DNA of 64,000 nucleotides from Nitrospirales bacterium. GTDB lineage: Bacteria; Nitrospirota; Nitrospiria; Nitrospirales; UBA8639. Numbering within the stretch: position 1 is the stretch's first letter; the number at the start of each line of letters is the position of its first letter. The stretch lies in the NCBI GenBank assembly GCA_965203295.1, contig CBDBCZ010000016.1, forward strand, positions 128,001 to 192,000. Reading direction: 5' to 3'. Positions 1-14,500 of the stretch are shown here, one piece after another. Made by a program: the position numbers and the translations under genes. A model generated the notes under the pieces. The model was not told where the DNA came from. It did no database searches and was given only the letters and a program-made list of their open reading frames with translations.

Positions 1-33
1 AAAATCGTAGGTGGGGGGTGGGAGTCTGAATTC

Positions 34-96
34 GGTGGACTGGACTGGACTGGACTGGACTGGTCTACTGGAATGGAATACTGGAATGGAATACTG
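34..96 (+). repeat. (GGACT)n and CTGGAATGGAATA short tandem repeats, possibly the subterminal region of a truncated non-autonomous DNA element
   Basis: About five GGACT copies followed by CTGGAATGGAATA x2. No partner end identified. Confidence 0.5.
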
Positions 97-469
97 GTCC
101 AGGAATAGGCGGTGTTGTAGCATGCTCGTTAGTGATCGTGCCGGTTAGTGAAATATGAATAATGCAACGTTAGCGGACCTGCCAAATGTCATAATCGTTG
201 TAATTACGTACGTGAACGTCCGTATTCGCGATTCATTAACGAGCACAGAAACTCGGAAGTTTGTGGGCCGTGCTGGTTTATGAAACCTGAGGCAAGAGCT
301 AGACGGCTGTAAGTTCACTACGTGTATATGACTATGCGACTCAGCACTTGTCCAGGTATTAAAAACACACTGTAGGTGCGCAGAAACGGGCTCATAGGCT
401 ACATCATTTCTGCCATGGAAGATTAGCTAGCGGGCTATATTATAGTCGCGACCTAGACAGCAATAGTAT

Positions 470-1552
470 ATTTCTGCCAGTTAGTGAGTCAAAATGGGTC
501 TTTAAGTGTCCATCATACCGAAGTTTAAACTTGTTATCTATAGTGAAAGTCATGATTTTATAGCCGTGGAGTCTTTATAGTGTCCATCGGCTGTTTTATT
601 GTTTACATTGTCTTTCCACTACCTGGCATGGCAGTTTACCCCCATGCTGATTAGTGAAAGTCATAGTTTTATAGCCGTGGAATCGATAAAGTATCCAACG
701 GCTGTTCAATATCATCTACATTGCCCTTCCACTAACTGGCATGGCAGATTTCCACCATGCCGGTTAGTGAAATTTTATAGTCATGGGGTCCTTAAAGTGT
801 CCATTGGCTGTTGGAATGTCACTTGCATTGTCCTTCCACTAACTGGCATGGCAGATTACCACCATGCCGGTTAGTGAAAGTCATAATTTTATAGTCGTGG
901 GGTCCTTACAGTGTCCATCGGCTGTTGGAATATCACTTGCATTGTCCTTTCGCTAACTGGCATGGCAGATTTCCACCATGCCGGTTAGTGAAAGTCATAA
1001 TTTTATAGTCGTGGGGTCCTTAAAGTGTCGTTCGGCTGTTGGAATATCACTTGCATTGTCCTTCCACTAACTGGCATGGCAGAATACCCCCATGCCGGTT
1101 AGTGAAAGTCATAATTTTATAGCCGCGGGGTCCTTAAAGTGTCCATCGGCTGTTGGAATATCACTTGCATTGTCCTTTCACTAACTGGCATGGCAGATTT
1201 CCACCATGTCGATTAATGAAAGTCATAATTTTGTAGTCGTGGGGTCTTTAAAGTGTCCATCGGCTGTTGGAATATCACTTGCATTGTCCTTTCACTAACT
1301 GGCATGGCATATTACCCCCATGCCGGTTAGTGAAAGTCATAATTTTATAGCCGTGGAGTCGATAAAGTGTCCTTCGGCTGTTGAAATATAATTACAATGT
1401 CCTTCCACTAACTGGCATGGCAGATTTCCACCATGCTGGTTAGTGAAAGTCATAATTTTATAGTCGTGGGGTCCTTAAAGTGTCCATCGGCTGTTGGAAT
1501 GTCACTTGCATTGTCCTTTCACTAACTGGCATGGCAGATTACACCCATGCTG
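470..1552 (+). repeat. ~119-bp tandem repeat, ~9 copies, each with an internal hairpin
   Basis: Recurring GTTAGTGAAAGTCATAATTTTATAG...GTGTCCATCGGCTGTTGGAAT...CACTAACTGGCATGGCAGA. Confidence 0.95.
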
Positions 1553-1756
1553 GGTCTTTTAGCTGTATAGAAATGATTATTATTTACATACCCAGGTGGG
1601 TAGTGAGATCATTTAAGCATCCACTAGCCAATCTGATATCATGTATTCATGGTCCTTTGTAGTTGTGTCACTAGTATTATTATTGGTAATAATATCCAGC
1701 AGTAATAATAAAACCAGTAATGTACAAAATACTACATTGCATTTCAAATTACTATT

Positions 1757-4710
1757 CAATATCTTCTTCCTGTGATATTGACTTCTTCAGTTCATGGATC
1801 GACTTATATAATTCTGCTTGGCCAAACTGTACTCAATGTTAAACGCAACACTGATGATTGTGACCATCGCCTGCAAGAAGTGTACAAGGGCATATTTTAA
1901 AGGCTTATACACTGTATTTGTTTCCAAAGTCATGCAGGTGTTTCTGACCTCTGGCCAGAGAATTTCACGAGCAACTCGTGCTGCAGGGTGCTGGATTCCT
2001 GGGTCTTCTTTCTTTGCATGTTAAGCAATGGTTGTCAAGAAATATAAAATTTCCATCACCTGTATCTTAAGTAGTTGATGTGTTGATCTGCATGATTGTA
2101 ACATTTATATTTTAGTAGTATTTTCTTACAATCATAGGATGTGTACATGTAAGTGGCCAAGTATCTGCTGGAGTGGCTCTTTCCTTCAGGGTCGGTACGG
2201 TTTCCAAGTTTTCCCCAAACTCACTCTGCCCAGGATGCGCTGCAACACGTAACAACCACCCCTACAGCAAATACATCGCTTTTGTTTATGCTTCATTAAT
2301 AATTGCTTTTCCTAACCATTATTATTGTGTACATGCATGTGTCAACAAACCTCCGCCTCTTTCAGAGCCAAATGTATCACAGTTCTTGCTATCTCTAGAC
2401 ATCCATCTCTGTAAGAGACATTGCATACAATTATGGTTGTTTTGAGTACATGTAGGCGTCTTACAATAATAATATTGCATGCTCACCTCATCGGAGTCCA
2501 TGTCTAGAATAGAGCAAACCTCTAATGGTTCATATATAAAGTTGTTCATTTGTTACATATCTAAACAAGGATTCCTCCTGTGGGACAGTGCGCTCTAAGA
2601 AGGAAGGCACCAGGATCTGGATATCGCCTAGCCATGCAGTCATGAGTAATAAAGGGCACACTGAGTAAATGTGGATTCATGTACAAGCACAGCAAAGAAG
2701 ATTCTGGCCGAGGTCTAGCTTACCATATATCTCATCATCTTCTGTACTAGAGGTTTCGGTGGATGCATCGGATGCATCCGGTGAGTCTGAAATGAAATAT
2801 TACTCAAAGTTAGTAAATCAAGGCCTGTATGATCATGAGGTAAAGTTTACTTACCAGTTGGTTTTCTTTTGTGATGTTTCTGTCCAAAAAAAGCAACATG
2901 ACCCTGTTATTGTTCAAAATCAATGATTGTGGTATTAATGTGTTATTAGAGACATACCTTTGGAGTACAGAGTTTTATGTTTAACATACTATCAAAATCC
3001 AGTGAGCTCCCACATTCACTGGGATAATCAGCTTCTTAAGTTTCATCACCTTCTCCTGTGATTTGCACATCATTATGACATCTAGTCAGAATTGTACGTA
3101 TATACAGTAAAATTAGGTCAATACCTTGATGTAGTTCATGCACTTTTTCTCTGATTCTTTGTGTCCTGCCTTCCATCTCATTAGTGCTTCATAAAATAAA
3201 GTTGTAACACACAGCACCCGCTTACAAGGGCGTTTTGTGATTGGTAGCTGAATGAATGTGCATAAAAAGCTTCTTACTAATACGTATATGTACTTGCTGG
3301 TTAGGTAGACAATAAATGTTTCACATACAATACCTTCATTATTCGTTTCTCTTCCTCTGCATTCAGAATCATCATGTAGAAATTTATCACCTGAGTGGTA
3401 TGAGCATGCTCTAGTTAGCATGCTTTTTATGTTACTGATACTTATATACCTGATCATTAAGCCACTGGCCATAGGCAATATTCCGGAGATCATCTGCACA
3501 AACTGCCAAAGTTCCTAGAGTAAGCACTGCGGTCGATGAATGAATACCTGTATTGAGTAGGGAGTCACATAATATTCATTATGTGCATGTACTCTGATAA
3601 TATGACTAACAATACCGTCTTTTTCCAGTGGCGAGTGCAGCATATTGTCATTGTCCTCGCTGTAACAATTAGGGATTAAGCAAAATATAAGGATAAAGTC
3701 AAGATGACCAACATTGTCGACTATATACATACCTATTATTGGGTGATTGTGATGAGTCCATCCCACTACTATCAGTGGAAGTGTCGTGGTTCACAACTGT
3801 TGGCCTATACCATCAGAAGTGATAATTATAGGTGAACATTTCTTAGTGTATACACTATCTCTTAGATGCATGCATGCTACCCATGAAACGTACACATTTT
3901 TTTGCACAACACCACAGGTTTTCATGTGTGAGTTGATGAGTCGCATCAGATAGTGGACCTGACAGTTATGACACCGAATATCCCAAACTAAAGAACAGTC
4001 CAGCATTGGTCCTGCTGAATAATACATGAACAGATGATCAAAAAGGAATATTATCACTTGTTTCAAATTCTGTAATACCTCAATGCTAAGATTCCCTAGG
4101 TTTGATGTGATGGTGACTGTACATTTGGAAAACATTCTCGACACGATAAATCACGTTCAGTTTTTGATGTTATTGCCACACTTCCATCTGTAACAAATGA
4201 AGAGTGAATTGTACAGCATGCAAAAAGCACTGATAATAGCCGTTATTCTCACTCATTGTGGTAGCCCCTTGCGTCTCTTTAGTGAATGTTTTGATTCTTT
4301 TTCTAGGTGGTGTAACTATATGTAGAAAGATATGAAAAATTGAATGACAACACATATGTATCTTTAAAAAGTGATGCATGGTGGCATGCCTTCAGAATCA
4401 CTGTCTCTATTGTGAGGTACTGTATCCAAGAAAGCTGTTCCTTCCATGTCTGTAGTTGGAAAAAGAATTCAGTTCCTCAACAGATGTATTGGTTGTAGAA
4501 ACCAATTCCATTGACTGACCTGTGCTTAATTGTGCTCTTGGTTCATTGTCATAATCATAATCTTGCACATTGATTGAGCTCTAGCTGTTATAGACATGTA
4601 CACAGTAGTAGTTAAATAGAAGGTCTAGTGTAGGTTTAAAAATGTACTTATGGGTTCTTCTACTTTAGCCGTCTCTATTGATGTCTTCAAATGTGGGTGA
4701 TTGCTAAGAA
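1757..4710 (-). pseudogene. Multi-exon gene: UBZ4-like C2HC zinc finger plus N-terminal half of a Ulp1/SENP (C48) protease, followed by unrelated exons; probably decayed
   Basis: Phase-consistent GT-AG exons: 4014-3894 (..CHNCQVHYLMRLINSHMKTC..), 3547-3450 (..DDLRNIAYGQWLNDQ), 3390-3334 (VINFYMMILN..), 3247-3125 (..VTTLFYEAL..), 3055-2990 (..LIIPVNVGAHWILI), 2903-2855 and 2786-2724. Stops or phase conflicts occur in flanking exons (~4090, ~2020). Outer limits are uncertain. Confidence 0.75.
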
Positions 4711-4846
4711 TGCCTATTTGGAGCAAAATAAAAAAGCAGTAAATATACAATACATACACATTGATAGACCTGTACTGAATACAGGCCCACGTACACAAGT
4801 TATTAACGCTCACTCTTTATACCTGCATGTAAATGAGCCAGCATAT

Positions 4847-5455
4847 AAGGGCAAGGTAACCAGTATAACCAAATACAGTGACACAGAGAGGAGCACTACG
4901 GGATGCATCATGCAATGTACAGTATATGAGGTAAGTAGGTTCAACTTCCGTTGCTAACAGGACATCCTGCCTACCTCCAAGAATGTAGTTAAACTGTACA
5001 GGAAATTTAAGTAATCAACAAAATAGTGCGAAAACAGGAGAATGACATAACTGGAATTCTAGAAAACTGGGCCAGGCTCTTCCTGTGCATAACTCAACTA
5101 AGTAAGGACAAGGTAACCAGTATAACCAAATACAGTGACACAGAGAGGAGCACTACGGGATGCATCATGCAATGTACAGTATGAGGTAAGTAGGTTGCTA
5201 ACAGGACATCCTGCCTACCTCCAAGAATGTAGTTAAACTGTACAGGAAATTTAAGTAATCAATTAAAAAAGTGTGAAAACAGGAGATTGACATAACTAGA
5301 ATTCTAAAAAAGCTAGGGCAGGTTCTTCCTATGCATAACTCAACTAAATAAGGGCATGGCAACCAAATACAGTGACACAGAGAGGAGCACCATCATACAG
5401 TATGCAGTATGAGGTAAGGGGGTTGCTAACAGAACATCCTACCACCTCCAAGGAT
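4847..5455 (+). repeat. ~250-bp tandem repeat, ~2.4 copies
   Basis: AACCAAATACAGTGACACAGAGAGGAGCAC recurs near 4867, 5124 and 5361. Confidence 0.9.
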
Positions 5456-6381
5456 GTGATTACAGAGTTCCTATTACGGTAATTATGTGGCTTCATCACA
5501 ATTGTGGTTTTTATAGCAGCTGCAGCTTGGAGGGTTGAGCCACCTTGTGCATAATAGTGGAGGCGGGGCTGTGTATTACTGCCGATCTGATATGTATATA
5601 GTACTGCATGCTATAATTGTACATTATTTTATACTCCATGTGCTGGGACAACACTATCGCGGGAATGAGCAATGTGCATAATTTGTGTGCACTCGGGCTG
5701 AGGTTTAAAGGACTTCATGGTGGCAAATTAATACTATTTCTGATGCCATCAGAAAACATAATTTAAATCTGAATTAATGATTTTTGTTTCTTCCATCCCT
5801 TCAACCACCCACCACCAAAAAAATATGTTTCTTGGTGTAAAGATACAATATTAAACTTGATTATGTTTTAGAAATGACGAGCAAAAGGTGAAATGATCTG
5901 CAGCCATTAGGATTGTAACGAGGTAGCCTGGTAGTAGTACAACACTGCATGAGAGGGCCTGAGAGGGGAAGGAGTGATAGATAACACCACATTTAAATCT
6001 CTTTCCCATGTAGCTAGAATTCTTGAGATCTTTCCGTTTCCAGGGGATTGGAATGTATCTTAGTCCCCAGGACTCTGACACAGTCTAGGCACGAGTCCAC
6101 ATACACTATCTATGATGAGACTTTATACATTCAGCTAGAAATGGTGGGGATTAGAGTTATTCTGCATGTCTACCAATGTATCTCCCTGGACACACCACAC
6201 TTTTAGCCATTTAAGCTCTTCTGTATCTCAGCGAATCCGCTCACTTTCAGTACAGTATCTAAATACCGAATCGCTGCTGTTGCGTGAATTTCAGCATAGA
6301 TAAATGAATACCTCAAACGCACGCAAAGGCAGCGGTTCGCACGCTATTCCGTACCGTCTCAAGACTACGCCCATGCTCCCG

Positions 6382-6529
6382 CACACACGTGCAGCATTTA
6401 ATTTATAGGGTTATCTCATTCCACTAACCGGCACGATCTCTAACCGGCACGCTACACACACGTGCAGCATTTAATTTATAGGGTTATCTCATTCCACTAA
6501 CCGGCACGATCACTAACCGGCACGCCACA
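6382..6529 (+). repeat. 73-bp tandem duplication containing the right TIR twice
   Basis: CACACACGTGCAGCATTTAATTTATAGGG...CCACTAACCGGCACGATC starts at 6382 and 6455. Confidence 0.9.
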
Positions 6530-6751
6530 GGCCGGATGCTTGTCACGAGAGGGCATGATCACAAAGTTTGCAGCGTGAACTTTTATGTGATGGTGGAGTG
6601 CGAAATTAGTACAGTGTTTCTTTTGTTTTGTGTTTTTTTCCTGCATTGTGCGTATTGTAGGTCTCTAACTAGCGGCTATGATTTGTGCGGCTGGAAACTG
6701 GGGACGTCCGCGGCGGACGTGAGTCGAGAGCAGACAGAGTGGCCCGGAGAT

Positions 6752-10715
<3,964 letters not shown>

Positions 10716-10939
10716 CAGTTGTTTTAGCTAATAGTCTATAATGCTATTCACCCAATCTGACCTTTAACTATTACTTCCAAAGTATATTTCCTGGAGTTGT
10801 AAACCTCTTGTGGATTCAGCTTAAAATAATTAGTCATGGACTTGTGCTAGATTAGACTCATAATAAATTCCTAGAATCACAATTTCTTGTGTTAAATTCT
10901 TGCACAATAGTAGAATAAAGACAGTGCCTGGTATTTAGC

Positions 10940-11307
10940 TAGCCTCGTTCCCAGGCCCGCGACTTTTTCGGTTGCACGAAGGAAAGTCACAGGGCCTGGT
11001 AACTAAAGTCACGTGATCAACTTACGTCATAATACACTTCGAAAGGCGGCTGCCTTTCTCTACATTTTACCAGAGACTTTCTTTCAGCGGTAAGTCTGTG
11101 GTACAAGCGGGTTATAAAGAAAGGCTACAAGAAGTGTAGATTCGCTACCTTCACTCATTGTCTGGGAATTGTGCGTGTACTCACCCACGCTCATAATTAC
11201 CTTTCTACTACCTTTCTACTCTTGGCCTCGCGCACGTGACTTTAGATCCCAGGCCCTGTGACATCTTTCGTGTAACCGAAAATGGCGCGGGCCTGGGAAC
11301 GAAGCTA
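10940..11307. mobile_element. 368-bp MITE with long TIRs (TAG...CTA termini) and 9-bp TSD; AcademH-like or other 9-bp-TSD superfamily
   Basis: Start TAGCCTCGTTCCCAGGCCCGCG; end CGCGGGCCTGGGAACGAAGCTA. Imperfect IR extends ~90 bp. TSD GTATTTAGC at 10931-10939 and 11308-11316. Confidence 0.9.
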
Positions 11308-11529
11308 GTATTTAGCTACCACAAGCATGTATTGCTTTATTGGCAAGTGTGACCCCTTGCTGTGTACACCTGCAACGATATGCAGAAGTATTTGCTAGGC
11401 ACAGGCATACGTATTGATAGCTTATCACACTCAAAGGGATACTATGTACTGTTGGTGCTGAGGCATTATAATAATAATAATACTTTCTGTACTTCTTGTC
11501 ACACTGTAGGAATGACTTTGGTGTCCCAA

Positions 11530-14500
11530 TTAGTGTGAGACAACTATTTCTCCTAAATATGTAGAATATCCAGTGAAGAAAATTAACCTGAAGGAACATA
11601 TTCAGACAATAGCTACAATTCAACAGGTGAGTTTACCTATTTTTCTGTTTTTAAGGGTTGGTCTTTATACCTCTGTATTTCTATCTTCTTAAGCCTGTAT
11701 TCTATTTGACCAACTATAACTAACCAAACTAAATGAAATTTTAAATCTTGAACACATTGTAATCCTAGGCTAATGAAGCAAGTCAGAACAATGGTATCTA
11801 GTTTCTTTTGAGGAGAGTGTTAGTGTGAGACCAAGAACACTGAAATTTCGCTAATCTTACCCTATCTTCCTAAGCCTGTACTGTATTTGACCAACTAACA
11901 CCAGCCAATCTAAATGAGCTTTTAAATCTTGAACACATTCTAACCCTAGGCTAAAAAGAGAGTCAGAGAATTGGTATGTAGTTTCTTTTGATGAGAGTAT
12001 TAGTGTGAGACCAACAACTCTGAAATATTACTAATCTTACCTTATCTTTCTAAAGCCTGTATTGTATTTGACCAACTAACACCAACTAACACCAGCCAAA
12101 CTAAATAGGCTTTTAAATCTTGAACACATTCTAACCATAGGCTAATAAAGAGAGTCAGAGAAATGGTATGTAGTTTCTTTTTATGAGAGTTAGTGTGAGA
12201 CCAAGAACACTGAAATTTTGCTAATCTTTCCCTATTTTCCTAAGACTGTATTGTATTTGACCAACTAACACCAGCGAAACTAATATACATGAGCTTTTAT
12301 ATCTTGAACACATTCTAACCCTAGGCTGATAGAGTCAGAGAAATGGTATGTACAGTTTCTTTTTATGAGAGTTAGTGTGAGACCAAGAACAGTGAAATTG
12401 GACTAATCTTACTACTTATACTGGTGTGTCCAAACCCTACAATTATATTGACAACTATTTCTCCTAAATATGTAGAATATCCAGTGAAGAAAATTATCCT
12501 GAAGGAACATATTCAGACAGAAGCTACAATTCAACAGGTGAGTTTACATATTTTTATGTTTTTATGGATTGGTCTTTATACCTCTGTATTTCTATCTTCT
12601 TAAGCCTTTATTGTATTTGACCAACTAACACTAACCAAACTAAATGAACTTTTAAATCTTGAACACATTCTAACCCTAGGCTAATAAAGAAAGTCAGAGA
12701 AATTGTATGTATTTTCTTTTTATGAGAGTTAGTATGAGACCAAAAACAGTGAAATTGGACTAATCTTACTATTTATACTGGTGTGTCCAAACCCTACAAT
12801 GATATTGACAGCTATTTCTACTAAATGTTTAGAATATCCAGTGAAGAAAAATAACCTGAAGGAACATATTCAGACAGAAGCTACAATTCAACAGGTGAGT
12901 TTACCTATTTTTCTGTTTTTATGGGTTGGTCTTTATACCTCTGTATTTCTATCTTAAGCCTGTATTGTATTTGTCCAACTAAAACTAACCAAACTAGATG
13001 AGCTTTTAAATCTTGAACACAATGTAATCCTAGGCTAATGAAGAAAGTCAGAAAAATGGTAACTCGTTTCTTTTGATGAGAGTGTTAGTGTGAGATCAAG
13101 AACTCTGAAATTTTTCTAATCTTACCCTATCTTTCTAAGCCTGAATTGTATTTAACCAACTAACACCAGCCAAACTAAATGAGCTTTTAAATCTTGAACA
13201 CATTCTAACCCTAGGCTAAAAAGACAGTCAGAGAATTGGTATCTAGTTTCTTTCGATGAGAGTGTTAGTGTGAGACCAAGAACACTGAAATTTTGCTAAT
13301 CTTACCCTATCATCCTAAGCCTGTATTATATTTGCCCAACAAACACCAGCCAAACTAAATGAGCTTTTAAATCTTGAACACATTCTAACCCTAGGCTAAG
13401 TAAGCAAGTCATAAAAATGGTATCTAGTTTCTTTTGATGAGAGTGTTAGTGTGAGACCAAGAACACTAAAATTTGCTAAACTTTCCCTATCTTCCTAAGC
13501 CTGTATTGTATTTGACCAACTGACACCAGCCAAACTAAATGAGCTTTTAAATCTTGAACACATTCTAACCCTAGGCTAAAAAGAGAGTCAGAGAATTGGT
13601 ATGTAGTTTCTTTTGTTGAGAGTGTTAGTGTGAGACCAACAACTCTGAAATTGTTACCTTATCTTCCTTAAGCCTGTATTTATTTGACCAACTAACACCA
13701 GCCAAACTAAATGAGCTTTTAAATCTTGAACACATTCCAACCCTAGGCTAATAAAGAGAGTCAGAGAAATTGTATGTAGTTTCTTTTTATGAGAGTTAGT
13801 GAGAGACCAAGAACAGTGAAATTGGACTAATATTACTACTTGTACTGGTGTGTCCAAACCTACAATTATATTGACAGCTATTTCTCCTAAATATGTAGAA
13901 TATCCAGTGAAGAAAATTAACTTGAAGGAACATATTCACACAGAAGCTACAATTCAGCAGGTGAGTTTACCTATTTTTCTGTTTTTAACAGGTTGGTTTT
14001 TATCCCTCAGTATTTCTATCTTCTTAAGCCTTTATTGTATTTGACCAACTAAAACTAACCAAACTAAATGAGCTTTTAAATCTTGAACACATTCTAAACC
14101 TAGGCTAATAAAGAGAGGCAGAGAATTGGTATCTAGTTTCTTTTGTTGAGAGTGTTAGTGTGAGACCAACAAATCTGAAATTGTACTAAGCTTACCTTAT
14201 CTTCTTTAAGCCTGTATTATATTTAACCAACTAACACCAGCCAACCTAAATGAGCTTTTAAATCTAGAACACATTCTAACCCTAGGCTAATAAAGAAAGT
14301 CAGAGAAATGGTATGTAGTTTCTTTTTGTGAGAGTTAGTGAGAGACCAAGAACAGTGAAATAGAACTAATCTTACTACTTATACTGGTGTGTCCAAACCC
14401 TACAATTATATTGACAACTATTTCTCCTAAATATGTAGAATATCCAGTGAAGAAAATTAACCTGAAAAAACATATTCTGACAGAAGCTACAATTCAACAG

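Larger units (their letters stand above)
116..6529. mobile_element. ~6.4-kb TIR element with TGT...ACA termini (Ginger-like, non-autonomous), carrying a spliced Ulp1-domain gene
   Basis: Left end TGTAGCATGCTCGTTAGTGATCGTGCCGGTTAGTGAAAT (116-154) is an imperfect inverted repeat of the right end ...ATTCCACTAACCGGCACGATCACTAACCGGCACGCCACA (to 6529). TGT/ACA ends and Ulp1 cargo are known Ginger1 traits. No clean TSD and no integrase exon seen. Confidence 0.55.

Noticed and set aside
599..1662. ORFs 599-874 and 1480-1662
   Set aside because: Translations of the 119-bp tandem repeat with non-ATG starts.
11939..11950. Telomere-like CTAACCCTA in each S module
   Set aside because: Only about 1.5 units per monomer and never tandem. 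It is equally explained as branch point plus acceptor.
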